From Camelus dromedarius (taxonomy: Eukaryota): 64,000 nucleotides of DNA. Under the pieces are notes generated by a model. The model ran no database searches. It was not told where the DNA came from and was given only the letters and a program-made list of their open reading frames with translations. The stretch covers positions 19,160,001 to 19,224,000 of the forward strand of contig NC_087437.1 of the NCBI RefSeq assembly GCF_036321535.1. Direction: 5' to 3'. Positions 13,249 to 25,990 of the stretch are shown one piece after another. Position 1 is the stretch's first letter; each line of letters starts with the position of its first letter. A program made the position numbers and the translations under genes.

Positions 13249-13749
13249 TAAAATGTATTTGTTTTTTGTTCAGATAAAATATACCTAATATAAAATTTTA
13301 ACCATCTTAAGTGTACAATTCGGTGGCATTCAGTATATTCATATTGTTGTGCAACCATCACCACCATCCATCTTCAGAACCTTTTCATCACTCATACTGT
13401 ACCCATCATCACTAACTCTCCATATTCCATTGTATGAAGGTACCACAACTTTCTGGTCCATTCATCTGATGACGGACATTTGGTTTGTTTTCATCTCTGG
13501 CTATTGAGAATAATGCTGCTATGAATATGGGTGTATAAATATCTCTTCAAGTCTCTGCTTTTAATTTTTTTTGTGTATATATCCAGAAGTAGAATTGCTG
13601 GATCACATGGTAATTGTTTAATTTTTTTTGGAATCTCCATACCTTTTTCTACAGAGGTTGCACCGTTTTATATTCCCACCAGCAATGCACAAAATTCCCA
13701 ATTTCTCCGTATCTTCATCAACACTTCTTAAATAAATAAATAAATAAAT

Positions 13750-13789
<40 letters not shown>

Positions 13790-14420
13790 AATAGTCATCC
13801 TAATGGATGTGAAGTGGGTTTTGTGGTTTTATTTGTATTTCCTTAATAATTAATGATATTGAGCATCTTTTCATGTGCTTATTGGCCATTCATATATTTT
13901 CTTTGGAGAAATGTCTATTCAAGTCCTTTGCTCATTTTTGAATTGAGTTGTTTGCTTTTTTTATCATTAAGTTTTAGGAATTCTTTATATATTCTGGATA
14001 TTAATCCTTTATTAGATATGTGACTTGCAAATACTTCTCCCATTCTGAGTTGTCTTTTCACTCTATTGACAATGTCCTTTGATGTATAAAAGTTTTTAAT
14101 TTTGATGAAGTCCAGTTAATCTGTTTCTTTCTCTTGTTGCCTATGCCTTTGATGTCATATCCAAGAGATCATGGCCAAATCTAATATCATGAAACTTTTC
14201 TCCTGTGTTTTCTTCGAAGAGTTTTATAGTTTTACTCTTATGCTTAGATCTTTGATCCATTTTGAGTTAACTTTTGTATGTGGTGTAAGGTCAGGGTCCA
14301 ACTTCATTCTTTTGCATGTGGATGTCCAGCTTTCCTGCATCATTTATTGAAAAGACTGTCCTTTCCCCAATTGAATGGTCTTGGGATGCTTGTTGAAAAT
14401 CATATGACCATATATATGAG
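13249..14420 (-). mobile_element. L1MB-like 3' end, with a (CA)n at ~13752-13787
   Basis: aagtgtacaattcggtggcattcagtatattcatattgttgtgcaaccatcaccacc is an L1MB 3' UTR motif; ORF2 C-terminal antisense sequence follows. Confidence 0.9.
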
Positions 14421-15200
14421 AGAGAAGGTAAATTTTCAGTAAAAACCTAGAGGAAGTGAGGAAGCTAGCCATGTGGATGTGAGGGGAAGAGCATCTGTCA
14501 GGGGGAACAACCAGTGCAAAAGAGAGACATGAAGAAGAGCAGCTTTGGTTGGAGTGGGGTGGATGAGGGGGAGAAGGTACGAGATGAGGTCAGAGAGGTG
14601 GGGGAAGTGGGGAGCAAAGCATGGAGGATCTGTGGGTCACAGAGAGGACTTCCTTTTCCCATGAGCAAAATTGGAAGCCATTGAAGGGCTACTTATGTTT
14701 TCACTCTGGCTGCCAGGTATGAGAATAGATTTAGAGGCCAGGGGCAAATGCAGGAGGAGGACCAGTGAGGAGACCACTCAGGCAAGAAAAGATGGTGTCC
14801 TGAGCCAGAGGATGACAAGTGGGAGAAATCTAGAGGCTAGGATTTGATCATAGACCAAATGTGATAATAGCAGGGGGCAGGGAATGAGAGAGAGAGAGAG
14901 AGAGAGAGGAAGAGGGAGGAAGGGTGGGTGGAGGGGAGAAGAAGAAGGAAGGGGAGGAGAAGAAAGGAGAATAGAGGAGAGAAAAAAGGAGGAGAAGAGA
15001 GAGGGAGAGTTAGATATGGATAATGCCAGTTTTTTGTAATTGGTAGAGTTGACATTAATCAGAGGGAGGGAGAAAGCCTGCAGCAGACAAAGTTTTGAAG
15101 AAAAGATCAGGATTTCAGTTTCAGATGTACTAAATTTGAGGCACCCAACTGGAGGTGTCTGGTGGGAAGTTGATGAGTCTGGAGTTGAGGAGGGAGGTCT
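14421..15200 (-). mobile_element. L2 continuation, interrupted by a purine tract at ~14880-15010
   Basis: gagaaggtaaattttcagtaaaaacctagaggaagtgagg...ggaagccattgaaggg...aaatttgaggcacccaactggagg. Confidence 0.75.
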
Positions 15201-15789
15201 TGGCAGGGGTCATGGAGCAGGCAAGGAGGCCCTTACATGGCTATATGACCATAGTCCAATCCTATTCCCTCTCTGGGCCTCCATTTTCCCATGAGCAAAA
15301 TAAGGTGGCTGGATTAGATGCTTTCTAAGCAATGCCTTCTCCTTCTGGTGTTTTCTGATTCTAATTGGAGAGAAATGGAGCCAAGAGCTCTAGGATGCCT
15401 GCATCTCCCCTACAGACCTGTCTCCCTTCCCAAGGTGATTTCCTCTAAAGAGCACCCCAAAAGATTGCCCAGCAAATAAGACTCACGGTTCAAGTACTGC
15501 AAACATCATAGGGAAGGAGCCCAGCCAGCCCCAACTCCATCCAGCCTCTCTCCGGGCACTCTAGGCTCCTTCAGAAGGTCTGTATGGGAGTCACACAGTG
15601 AGGCATGGGGGTGAGGAGAAGCCAGCTGTGCAGTGGAGTGATTTGCAGTGTGGGCTAAATCTCACTTTAAATTCTAACCACTCTCGGCTCCTGATCTTTG
15701 TTTGCAACTGTAGATTACATAGAAAGAGGTTGCTTCCCAAACCAGTAACTACATCCTTATCTAATTTTGTTTCTTTGTCCCCATAATAA

Positions 15790-15990
15790 AAGTAATAACA
15801 GCTAATGATTATGAGTCGTATCTATGCTCTAGGCATTGTGCCAAGTGTTTGGTCCTTAAGAAGGTATGTGTCCCTCGCCTCATTTTAGCATCCAGGAAAC
15901 TGAGGCTCAGAGAGGTTACTTAACTTTCTTCAGGTCACACAGCAGGAAAGTGTTCGATTTGAGATTTGTACAGAAATATATTCAATCCAA
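15790..15990 (-). mobile_element. MIR SINE
   Basis: ggcattgtgccaagtgttt...ggaaactgaggctcagagaggttacttaac. Confidence 0.8.
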
Positions 15991-15994
15991 AGAA

Positions 15995-16330
15995 TTTAAT
16001 AAAAATAGATGAGGAAATCAGGACTAAGGGGAAAATCAAGATAGGAACAGAAAATAAGACTCTATAACATAAGATTCTAGACAGTCACTTGGAGTGAGAT
16101 GAATACTGACTGAGTTTCCTGGCAACCAAGGCAAAGAGGGAAACATGATCTGATATAAGATTCATAATATCCGCAATATTAAAAACTCAAGTGTTCCTGG
16201 TGTTAGGACTGAGAGAACTGTTGGAAGTCAGTGTCATGAGGATGAGATGTGATGTGATCTGTGTTGCCCTCAGCAATAACATTCCTCAACAGTAACAAAG
16301 GGAAGGTTCATAAGGAGGCTTCTCACAGCA
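15995..16330 (-). mobile_element. L4 (RTE-X) LINE relic
   Basis: ctgagtttcctggcaaccaaggcaaagagggaaacatg resembles the recalled L4_Mam core. Confidence 0.55.
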
Positions 16331-16897
16331 CCCTTTGGTGGAAGTCAAAGCTCAGCTTAGGAAAAGCAACTGCAGGGAGGGACAAACAGGGTGGTCAGAG
16401 TCAGACCCTTCAGAAGAGGCTGCCTGTGCTGCAAGGAGGTCATCTCATAACCTCAGGCACACAGAGGAGCCCCTCCAGGGCTGCGGGGCACCCAAGCACT
16501 GCTGGAATGGGGGGCAGGGGAGGCCCCTTAATGCTTTCATAACTCCATGAATCCCCCAAAAGTCCAGTCCATCCTCCCTCTCAGGACAGGGCTGACATCA
16601 CTCCCTGAAGACGGATCTTATTGTGGAAATTCTGGTCTTATCCCTCTGTTCATAGCAGGGGCTGGGGAGCTCCAGATCAGAGCCTCATTCCCAGCCCCGC
16701 CCACTGGGGGGTGCAGCTTCCAGGAGGTTGGTGCCATTGCTGCCTCTCAGGCACACCCTCCCTGGGAGAACCTGCAACCTGGGAGTGCTTCCGCAGAAAG
16801 CTCTTGGCTGGGAGACAGGCAGTGAAATTGTTCTAAAGCATGGAGGGACACAGAGCCAGGTACGCCCTAGTCCCAAGTGCTGCTCTGTAAATAGCTA

Positions 16898-17058
16898 TGG
16901 AAGGAAGGAAGGAAGGAAGGAAGGGAGGGAGGGAGGGAGGCAGGCAGGCAGGCAGGCAAGCAGAAGAAAGGGAGGGAGGAAGGAAGGAAGAAAGGAAAGA
17001 AGGAAGGAATGAAAGAAAGGAGGGAGGGAGGAAGGAAGGAGGGATGGAAGGAAAGAAA
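16898..17058. repeat. Compound (GGAA)/(GGGA)/(GGCA) purine-rich tandem repeat
   Basis: Seen directly. Confidence 0.95.
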
Positions 17059-17289
17059 AACCTTGGAAGAGATTTCACATCTTGCCATGCTCTCTGGAAT
17101 CTTCTTTGTGAGCATGGGCTTCTAATCTTCCTCCTTTGTGCTCATAGCTCAGAGCAAGCAGGTGCAATGTCTCTGGGATGGTGGGAGATGCCTTGGGAGG
17201 TGGGGCTGTCCTCTGGTCTGGGGACAAGGCAACTACACCTCCAGGGCTGTGTAGGTGGAGGGAAGAGGGGGAGGAGGAGGTCCATGGAT

Positions 17290-17700
17290 TCAGCAGATCT
17301 GACTTTGAATCTTACTCCATGCATCTGCTGAAAAGATGTGATGGGAGATGCCACTTCTCAGGGCCTCTGTTTCCTTTTCTATGAAATGAGTGTGGCACTA
17401 CCTACTTCATGCAGCTGTTGTGGGGATTAAATGAGGTGCAGCCCCTGCCTGACACAGCAGAGGGTCAGGACAAGGTCATTTTTCTAAGGCAGAAAATTCT
17501 GGCTCAGCCATCACAAGTTGGGTGACCTTGAGATGTCACTTTACCTCTCTGAGCCTCAGTTTCCTCTTCTGTAAAGTTGGAGTAATAGCACAGTGCAAGG
17601 CTTTTGTGAGGACTGAAAGGAATAGCACATAGAGCTCCTACCGTAGTTCCTGGCACATAGTAGGTGCTCAGGAAAAGGTGGTTCTAGCTATTATTATCAT
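17290..17700 (+). mobile_element. Two adjacent MIR SINEs
   Basis: gggcctctgtttccttttctatgaaatg and gagcctcagtttcctcttctgtaaagttgg...cctggcacatagtaggtgctca. Confidence 0.8.
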
Positions 17701-18989
17701 CGGTGGCTAAACTGTGTTGCATGGGCTGGACATCCAGAGAAGAGACAGGTAACCCATGGTCAAGGCCATCTTGAAACACTCCTGGAGGAGGTGGCCCTGG
17801 TGCTCAGCCAGATCAGGCTGGGATTATGTGGGTCTTAAGGAAAGAGCTACCATCCCAGGGTCAGGGCCTAAGGTGAGCCAGGTGGAGGGCATGCAAAGGG
17901 GGCTAGGGGCTGACCTGAAAGGGAAGGGAACATTTTGAGAGAAACAAAATTCATTTTAGTCAGCTGTGGAAGCTCAGGAGGGCCTAGAAAGGCCAGCAGA
18001 GGAGACTAGGGGGCCACCTGGGTTAGGCAAAAATTAACCCCATTCTGCAGAGGTCAGACTGAGGCCCAGGGAAGGCAGGTGGGATAACTTGCTCAAACTG
18101 AGTGAAGATCTTGATGCCCAAATGCAGGTCTCCTGAGGGGTGGTGCTCAAGTGTGTACTTTTGGGGTCTTTAATTAACAGAAAGACAGAGGAGGGGCGAG
18201 GCTGACTGTGAAGAGTCACCACACTACAGGGAGGAGTAGCTCAGCCAGGCCGTTTGGAAATGAACACAGATGAGACTGAGTCTCTCTTGGGCTGTTAGGG
18301 AGATTAACGGCCACAGAGAAGAGCTCTCGTGCATCACCAGGGAGAGGATTTCAAAGACCCTTAAAAACCATTGGGAAACATTTCAAAAGGAAAATGCTTG
18401 CAAAGCTGCCAGAGGCCCGCCAAACGCGCTGGCATATAGCTCGCCAGGCGATGCTTGTAATCTAATTGCCTATGAGCAAGAGTTTAAAACAATATTTACG
18501 ATGTGGAAAAATAGCCCATGATTTGATTTGTACAGAAGAAACATGCCTAATGAGTAAATTAGATTTTGCTCTTGCTGGCTCAAGTCCTGTGGGTGGAGCC
18601 TAGCCCACTGGAGGGGCAAGGCTCTCCTTCCCCCCACCTCCCTCCTCGCCCTTCTCTGTCCCAGCGTGGGTCCTGTGACAGTTCTGTGCCCTGGTATGAC
18701 GTTGAAGGCCAGCACCATTCCCCTCTTTATCTTAGGCTTGCTAGTCCTTTAAGCCCCACTTCCCCCTCCAGGAAGCCTTCTGGACTGCTCCAGCCTGCTT
18801 TCTCTTCATCTCCAACAGTTCTGAAGGTCTGTGACACACAGTTGGGCTTCTATTAGATAGAACTGGCTTTTAGTTAGACTTTCACTAGCTTGGATTGTTT
18901 CTGCTTGGTGTGCTGTCTCCTAAAGGTTGTTGTATGTTCCTTTGCAATCTGGACTTGTTACTTTTCTTGCCTTCTTGAATGGAGGTGCT

Positions 18990-19553
18990 CTGTGGAGTAT
19001 TGATTGTCTTTGCCTGACCATGTCCATTCTCCCTCTGGAAAGAGCATTCTGATTCCCCGTGGGGAAACTGCCCACCCCCTAGTCTAGTCCACGTGGTGTG
19101 TTTAGGGCAGACCAGACTCCTCCCAGCTCTGGGCACCAGACGTGGGCACATGACCCAGATCTGGCCTATCAGAGCACCACGCCAACTGCCACAGTGATTT
19201 GTTCAGGGATGGACACGTGACCCACACTAGGCCAATGAGAGGTCTCCTTGAATGGCTGCTCGAGCCACCAGCAGAGCAGCAAGATCTCTGGAACTGCTAA
19301 ACTGGGAGAATCAAAAAGCTGGAGCTTTTGGTGGTCGGGTTACCTCATGAGGGAAACTCCCCTGAATGGAAGCCAGTACATGGGATATGGAGCTAAGGAA
19401 CGTAGAGAGACTCCTGGGTCCGTGTTCAAGCACCCGAATCCAGCTGTGGATGACTCACATACCCTTTAATCCAGTACCAACCCTCTTTCCTTTGTTTCAG
19501 CCAGTTGGAGTTGGGTCTCAGTCTTTTACAGAGACCAGTAGTTCTGACTTACA
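18990..19553 (+). mobile_element. LTR16-like ERVL solo LTR
   Basis: gggcacatgacccag...ggcctatcagag...cacagtgatttgttcagggatggacacgtgacc...ggccaatgaga; 3' end cagccagttggagttggg...ctgacttaca. Confidence 0.75.
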
Positions 19554-20785
19554 CAGCAGGCTCTTCTAGAACTGAATAAATTGTAGAGACTTTCAACCCC
19601 CCCCCCCAGAAAAAAATTCTGGACATAATTCTGTGACTGAAACCAGTTTTCCAGACTTTTCCTGACTCTCTCCTTTGTATTGGCTCTTCCTCTAGGTGCT
19701 GGGGACACAGAGAAGAATCAGAGCAGACCCAGCCCCGAGGAGCCCACAATCTTGGAGGGGAGGTAAGAGAAGCAGTGGCGAGCAGCAGCCAGGAGCTGAG
19801 AAGGAAGGGTGGTGCCATGTGTTATGGAGAATCACTCCAACCACAGGGCTCTGGGAGCTCTTGATGGAGGAGCAGGCAGGGGTTTGGGAGGGTGGGCAGG
19901 GCTTCATGGGGGAGAGGAGAAAGGCCCCCAGGGAAGGGTGACAGGGTCAATGTTGAACTTGGCGGCAGTGCCAGGACTATCGAGGTGAGGAGCGCTGAGG
20001 CCCCCTGCCCCAGACCTTTGGGAAAGAGGCCCCAAAACTGCTGTTCAGCACCTGAAGGAGGTCTCCTGGCTGTCTCTCTTCCTGCCCACTCCATAGCAGC
20101 CCCTTCACCTGGGAGGTGAGGCAGAGGAGTGCAGTGGTTGTCTGGGGACATATGTGGGCATTTGAGGGAAGCTGCAATGATGGAGCTTTCCAACCACACA
20201 GTAAGGCGGGGACACAGGTGACAACACTTGTTTGCATGAGCCAGTCACGTTCACCAGGCATTCATTATCAAAGGCTTTTGTGGCATACACCAATTTTACG
20301 ACATTTGCTTGGTATTTCCATGCTTGGGGCTTTACACTCAACCTTTGTGTTCTCACTTAACAATGAATCACTCCCCTTGGCTCTCACTTTTCTGATAGTG
20401 CTTAGGAAGACATAAAGCCCTGAACCAAGTGCAGGTCTGTCTCATTGTGCAGTAAATTGGGCTGAAGTCACCTGGTTCAGTCACCAAGTGCTTACTGTTT
20501 ACTGAGGCTGCCTCTCTCTTCACTCAGCTGCCAGAGATAGAATAAAAAGCAGGCCATAGCTGGAAAAAGAGGCGTGTCCACTACCATTTCATCATGCGGG
20601 ATGCACACATCCACCCTTGACAAGGTACAGAATCATGCACAGAGAAGAGTAGGATTAATTCTGTCTTGGTCATCAGGAGGGGCATACACAGTGCTGATGG
20701 CCAGGCAGGGCTTAGAGGTTGTTCTTTAAACAGCAAATTTTTTTATAGCTGTATCATATTGCATAATATGCATGTAACCTAATTT

Positions 20786-21859
20786 GTTTATTTATTTATT
20801 TTTTATTGAAGTATAGTCAGTTTACAATGTTGTGTTAATTTCTGGTATACAGCCTCGTGATTCAAGAATATATATTCCTTTTCGTATGTTTTTTCATTAT
20901 AGGTTGTTACGAGGTGTTGATTATTGTTCCCTGTGCTTTACAGTAGGATCTTGTTGTGTATCAGTTTTATATATAATAGTATATACAAATCCCAAACTCC
21001 CAGTTTATCTCCCCCCCACCCCCCGATAACCATAAGTGTATTTTCTATGTCTGTGGATCTGTTTCTGTTTTGTAAATAAGTTCATTTATGTCATTTTTTT
21101 AGATTCCACATGTAAGGGATATCATATAGTATTTTTCTTTCTCTTTCTGGCTTACTTCACTTACTATGACAATCTGCAGGTCCATCCATGTTGCAGTAAA
21201 TGGCATTGTTTTATTCTTTTTTATGGTTGAGTAGTATTCCATTGTATATATGTACTACAACTTCTCTATCCAGTCATCTGTCGATGCACATTTAGGTTGC
21301 TTCCATGTCTTGGCTATTGTAAATAGTGCTGCTATGAATATTGGGGTGCATGAATCTTTTCAAATTAGAGTTTCCTTTGCTATATGCCCAGGAGTGGGAT
21401 TGCTGGATCATAGGGTAAGTCTGTTTTCAGTTTTTTAGGGAATCTCCATATTGTTTTCCGTGATGGCTGCACCAAACTACATTTCCACCAGCAGTGTAGG
21501 AGGGTTCCCTTTTCTCCACACTCTATCCAGCATTTATTGTTTGTAGACTTTTTAATGATGGCCATTCTGACTGCTGTGAGGTGATGCTTCATTGTAGTTT
21601 TGATTTGCATTTCTCTGATAATTAGCGATATTGAGCATTTTTTCTCACGTGCATGTTGGCCATTTGTATGTCTTCATTGGAGAAATGTTTGTTTAGGTCT
21701 TCTGCCCATTTTTGGATTGGGTGTTTGTTTTTTTTGTTATTGGGTTTAATGAGCTGTTTGTATATTCTGGGAATTAAGCTCTTGTCAGTCACATCATTTG
21801 CAAATATTTTCTCCCATTCTGCAGGTTGTCTTTCTGTTTTGTTTATAGTTTCCTTTGCC
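20786..21859 (-). mobile_element. LINE-1 3' end plus ORF2 C-terminus (5'-truncated)
   Basis: Poly-T, then attgaagtatagtcagtttacaatg. ORFs 21380..21610 ([16 protein letters not shown]) and 21622..21879 are L1 ORF2. Confidence 0.93.
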
Positions 21860-22779
21860 AAACAGCATGTTTGTTGCACAGCAGGATCCTAACAGTAGCA
21901 GAGCTGGCATTGAAGATGGCTCCCATATGCCACCTCTGGAGGGAAAGGTTCCATCACCCCATTTTACAGAGAAAGCAGTGGAGACTCAGTATGCTAAGTA
22001 ACTTGCCAAGGCACAACAGGGCCAGTATTCAACCTCGGCTGAATAATGGAAAGTTCAGGCTGCTTTATCTATGCCTCTCTTCCTTTTGCGGTATTTGTGG
22101 CTGTTGTCATGCCGTCATTCTGCAGAACGGAACCTCCCGTCTGTTGGACTAATACCTTCAATCCTCAGTAGATGCCCAAGTGTCACGGCACAGAGAGTGG
22201 AGGCAAAGATGCTGTCCTGCACCCCACCCCCACTGTACAGATGTAAGGGAGGCAGACTGGGGAGAGAGCCAGGCTCCTGCCTCTTGGGCCTGGCTCTCCA
22301 CGCTGTCCCACTTCTCTGATTGTGGGGATGGATGTCAGACTTCAAAGACAGTAGTGCACTGTCTCTCCAATCTCCAGCCCATGAGAAAGCGCCTAAGTCC
22401 CAGAACAAAGGCCCTTCCAGACTCACGTCACCTGCTAGGCACTTAGCACAGGGCTTAATTAAAGGAAACAGAGCTTCTTGGAGTGAGAGCGAGGAATGAG
22501 TGAGAAAGTTGATAACACTAAAGACACCGCCATTAATAAAGCCAGACTCACTGCTAATATCCCACTTGAATTCAAAACAGGACAAATAATTGGAAATCTG
22601 AGCAGGGTGAGTGGTAGGGCCAGTGGTACGGATGACAGAGGTCTGGCAGCTGTGGGAGACTTTCTGTGTGGGGCGATGCGGCTAGGACAAAGCTCCTGGA
22701 GGGAGTAATTCAGTTTTGGGGTCTAGTGTCTTCTTGGCCAACAACCATAGGCTGACACCTGGATCGTGGCAGGAGGTCA

Positions 22780-22871
22780 CACTGAATAGTACTTGAAATG
22801 TGCCAGGCACTGTTCTCAGTTCTTTACAGATATTAATTTAATCCTTAAAAAAAATCAATCTGTCTGTCTGC

Positions 22872-22918
<47 letters not shown>

Positions 22919-23060
22919 ATTAGTTAAGTACTATTATTGACCACCTTTTACAGATGAGGAAACTAAAGCACAGAGGTGTTAAGTAATTTTCCCAGGCTGA
23001 GCTGAGATTTTGAACTTATGTGCTATGACCTCAAAGCCATAACCACTAAATGACACTACC
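22780..23060 (-). mobile_element. MIR SINE containing a (TCTA)n microsatellite (~22858-22916)
   Basis: tgtgccaggcactgttctc...ttttacagatgaggaaactaaagcacagag. Confidence 0.85.
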
Positions 23061-23449
23061 TCCCTTGAGTGAGCTGGCTTCTCTTCCCTGGCTTGCTGGA
23101 TGACTGCCATTCATTCAGTCAGTAAACATTTGGCAGGTATACTGCAGTCTTGGCAGTAATAATAATGACCGCTGAGTATGGCTCCTATATGCCAGGTACT
23201 AAACTGAGTCCCATTCACTTATGTCCTCAGACCATAACCCTGGGATGCTACCCTATCCCTATCCAACCCCTTCTCTTCATTGTCTTTATCCTGCCTGCTC
23301 TCTCTTCTGTTCATCCCACAGCCCTGAAGCTGCGGGTGTCTACCATGGGGGTTCTGTGCATTCTGGACCCTGTGGGGAGGATGGGGATGCTTTCTACATG
23401 GGGATCTGGCTCTCTCCTGGTGGGAAACAGAATCCATACCTATTCAGGA

Positions 23450-23550
23450 AGAAACATAGTAGAGTGGAAAGGGCATGGAATTGGAGTCAGACAGGCCTTA
23501 GCATGACTCTAGATTTCTGAGCCTCAGTTTCCCTATCTGTGAAATGGGCC
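23450..23550 (+). mobile_element. MIR fragment
   Basis: tggagtcagacaggcct...tctgagcctcagtttccctatctgtgaaatggg. Confidence 0.75.
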
Positions 23551-24285
23551 TGCAGGTCCAGAGAAAGGGTGGAGAAGGCTGGCTGTATGGAGGCCCAGTA
23601 AAACCTGAGGCACCCTCCCTCTGGAGAGGGATGGAGAGGAGGGTGAGAGTCAAAGCCTGTGAACTCTGGAGAGCACAGGGAGGGGAGCTTGGGACCCTTC
23701 TTCTGGCCCATCATTTTAGAATGAGGGGCTCCTTAGAACTGGAGGTGAGCATATTTAGGGGAAATGAGAGGAGATATGGGCACTGGAGAGGAGCAGGGCC
23801 TCACTGCTCTGACAGTGTTGAAGGCTGGAAATGTCACTTAATCCAGGAGACACAGGTCACCTCAGGCATAAGGCCACTGGGTCATTGAGATGGGTCAGGG
23901 CATGGCTTCGTCTTTAGGGTCATTATCCTGGAGGACTCTAAGACCAGTAGCTCACAGAGTCTCCCTCCCTTGCTCCTACTGGGACTAGAAAAAGGCTCAC
24001 ATTCTGATCTGAAATGTTCTCATCTCACCTACACGGAGATGCTGACAGGGCTGCCTTGGGGTGTTTTGGTGGTTGAGGGACAGAAGATGAGAGTGAAGGG
24101 CATGCAGTGGAGAGGAAGGTTAGTGCACAGGTGGAAGGCTCTGAGATCACTGCCCTAGAGAGAACTCCTGATTTGATATTGAGTCTAATGACTTTGACCG
24201 CTGAGCAGTCCAGCTGTGATGGACAAGGGACTTTGTGCCAAGGACCAGACTGGATTTACACTTTAGCTATACATAGAAGTGGATT

Positions 24286-24489
24286 CAGTGGTGTTGGTAA
24301 ATGTTTAACAGCTACTTTCTGGGGATGGGGAGAAGCTCTAATTTGTAGCATTTGCCAATTTCTCTGGTGTAAATACGCTCACCAAGGCTGATCACAAGCT
24401 ACCAACATGACATCACTGAACGTTAAGTTGGGAAGAGTATTAACAGCTGATTTTCATGAGACCATACAAACTGGCTCTAGCACATTCAT
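24286..24489. mobile_element. MER63A-like hAT MITE
   Basis: cagtggtgttggtaaatgtttaac...atttgtagcatttgccaattt...caagctaccaacatgacatcactgaac...ctggctctagcaca. Confidence 0.8.
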
Positions 24490-24802
24490 GGGCAGATTTA
24501 CCATGAGGCAAAGGAGTTTCACTCTTCAGGGCACTTCATTTGTGGGGATCCTTCCAAGGCCTATATAATGTGTTTGCATGATCATATGGGTTTGTACAGT
24601 TTGCAGAAGTCAGATATGATTAAGATTCTTGCCTGTTTCCTCCCTGACTTGTATTGAATGGCTTGGGATAACTATAGACATGTTGAGATTTCTTTTTTCA
24701 TTTTAAATATGTGTTCATTTTTGTATCTAATTTTGATTTATAATTTATAGAGGACCTTAAAACTTATGTATACTCCTAGCTGCAAATCATGGATCCTCCC
24801 TG
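24490..24802. mobile_element. MER115-like (Zaphod/hAT-Tip100) element
   Basis: gggcagatttaccatga...cttcagggc...ccttccaaggcc...atgtgtttgcatgatcatatg...ggatcctccctg. Confidence 0.65.
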
Positions 24803-25139
24803 GGAATAAATTAGATTGTAACTCATCCTCCAGAAAATGTTGGTGATTGTTATTCTGTACCTTGGAGTCACACTGGTATATGTAAATTTATCACTGTATC
24901 TTTTGTTTAGATTAGCTTCCTAGAGTGCCACCTGCATTATGTTAAAGCTGTGCTCAAAACCCTCATGGCTTCCCCTTGGTCCCTAAACTGACACTCAAGG
25001 TTCTCCATAGATTGACCCCCTCATCTTCTTTCTGAAAATATCTCCTTTACTCCTTGTATACTCTGCAAGTAAAACTTTTTCCCTCATGACTTTGTTTAGG
25101 TTGTTTCTTCTTCCTGGGACATCTTTTCTGTGTTCCCCC

Positions 25140-25990
25140 TTTTGGATTTTACCAAATGCTTTTTCTGTATCTGTTGAGATAATCATATGGGTTTGTTTGT
25201 TTGTTATGGTCCTTTAGTATATTAATATGATGTATTACATGAATTGATTTTGAGATGTTGAACTAACTTTGCATTCCTGGGATAAATTCAACTTGATTGT
25301 TGTACATAGTCCTTTTTATATGTTATTGGATTCAGTTTGCTAGTATTTTGTTAAGGTTTTTTGCATCTATATTCATAAGAGATACTGATCTGTAGTTTTC
25401 TTGTGATGCCTTTGTCCGGTTTTGGTGTCAAGGTAATGCTGGTCTCATAATGGGTTGGAAAGTGTTCCCTACTCTTTTGGTTTTTTTTGGAAGATTTTGT
25501 GAAGGATTGGTATTAATTACTCTTTAAATGTTTAATAGACTTCACCAGTGAAGCCATCTGAGGCTAGGTTTTTCTTTGTGGGAAGTTTTAAAATGATTAA
25601 TTCTCTTTTCTTGTTATAGGTGTATTCAGATTTTCTATTTCTTCTCGAGTCAGTTTGGATAGTTTGTGTCTTTCTAGGAATTTGTCTGTCTCAACTAAAT
25701 TATCTGATTTGTTGGCATATGGTCATTTGTAGTATTCCCTTTTAGTCCTTTTTGTTTCTGTAATGTTGATAGTGATATCTCCTCTCTCATTTCTGATGTT
25801 ATTTGAGCCTTTTCTCTTTTTTTCTTGGCCTGTCTAGCTAAAAGTTTGCCAATTTTGGTGATCTTTTCAAAGAATAACTTTTGGATTATTGGTTTTCTCT
25901 ATTGGTTTTCTATTCTCTATTTCATTTATTTCCACTGCAGTCTTATTTCCTTCTGCTTGCTTTGGGTTTAGTGTGCTCTTCCATTTTTAG
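25140..25990 (-). mobile_element. Older L1 ORF2 (RT-region) fragment
   Basis: caaatgctttttctgtatctgttgagataatcatatgg (MIISTDTEKAF motif), caccagtgaagccatctg. Confidence 0.88.

Noticed and set aside
16728..17331. R/K/E/G-rich ORFs
   Set aside because: Translations of the (GGAA)n microsatellite
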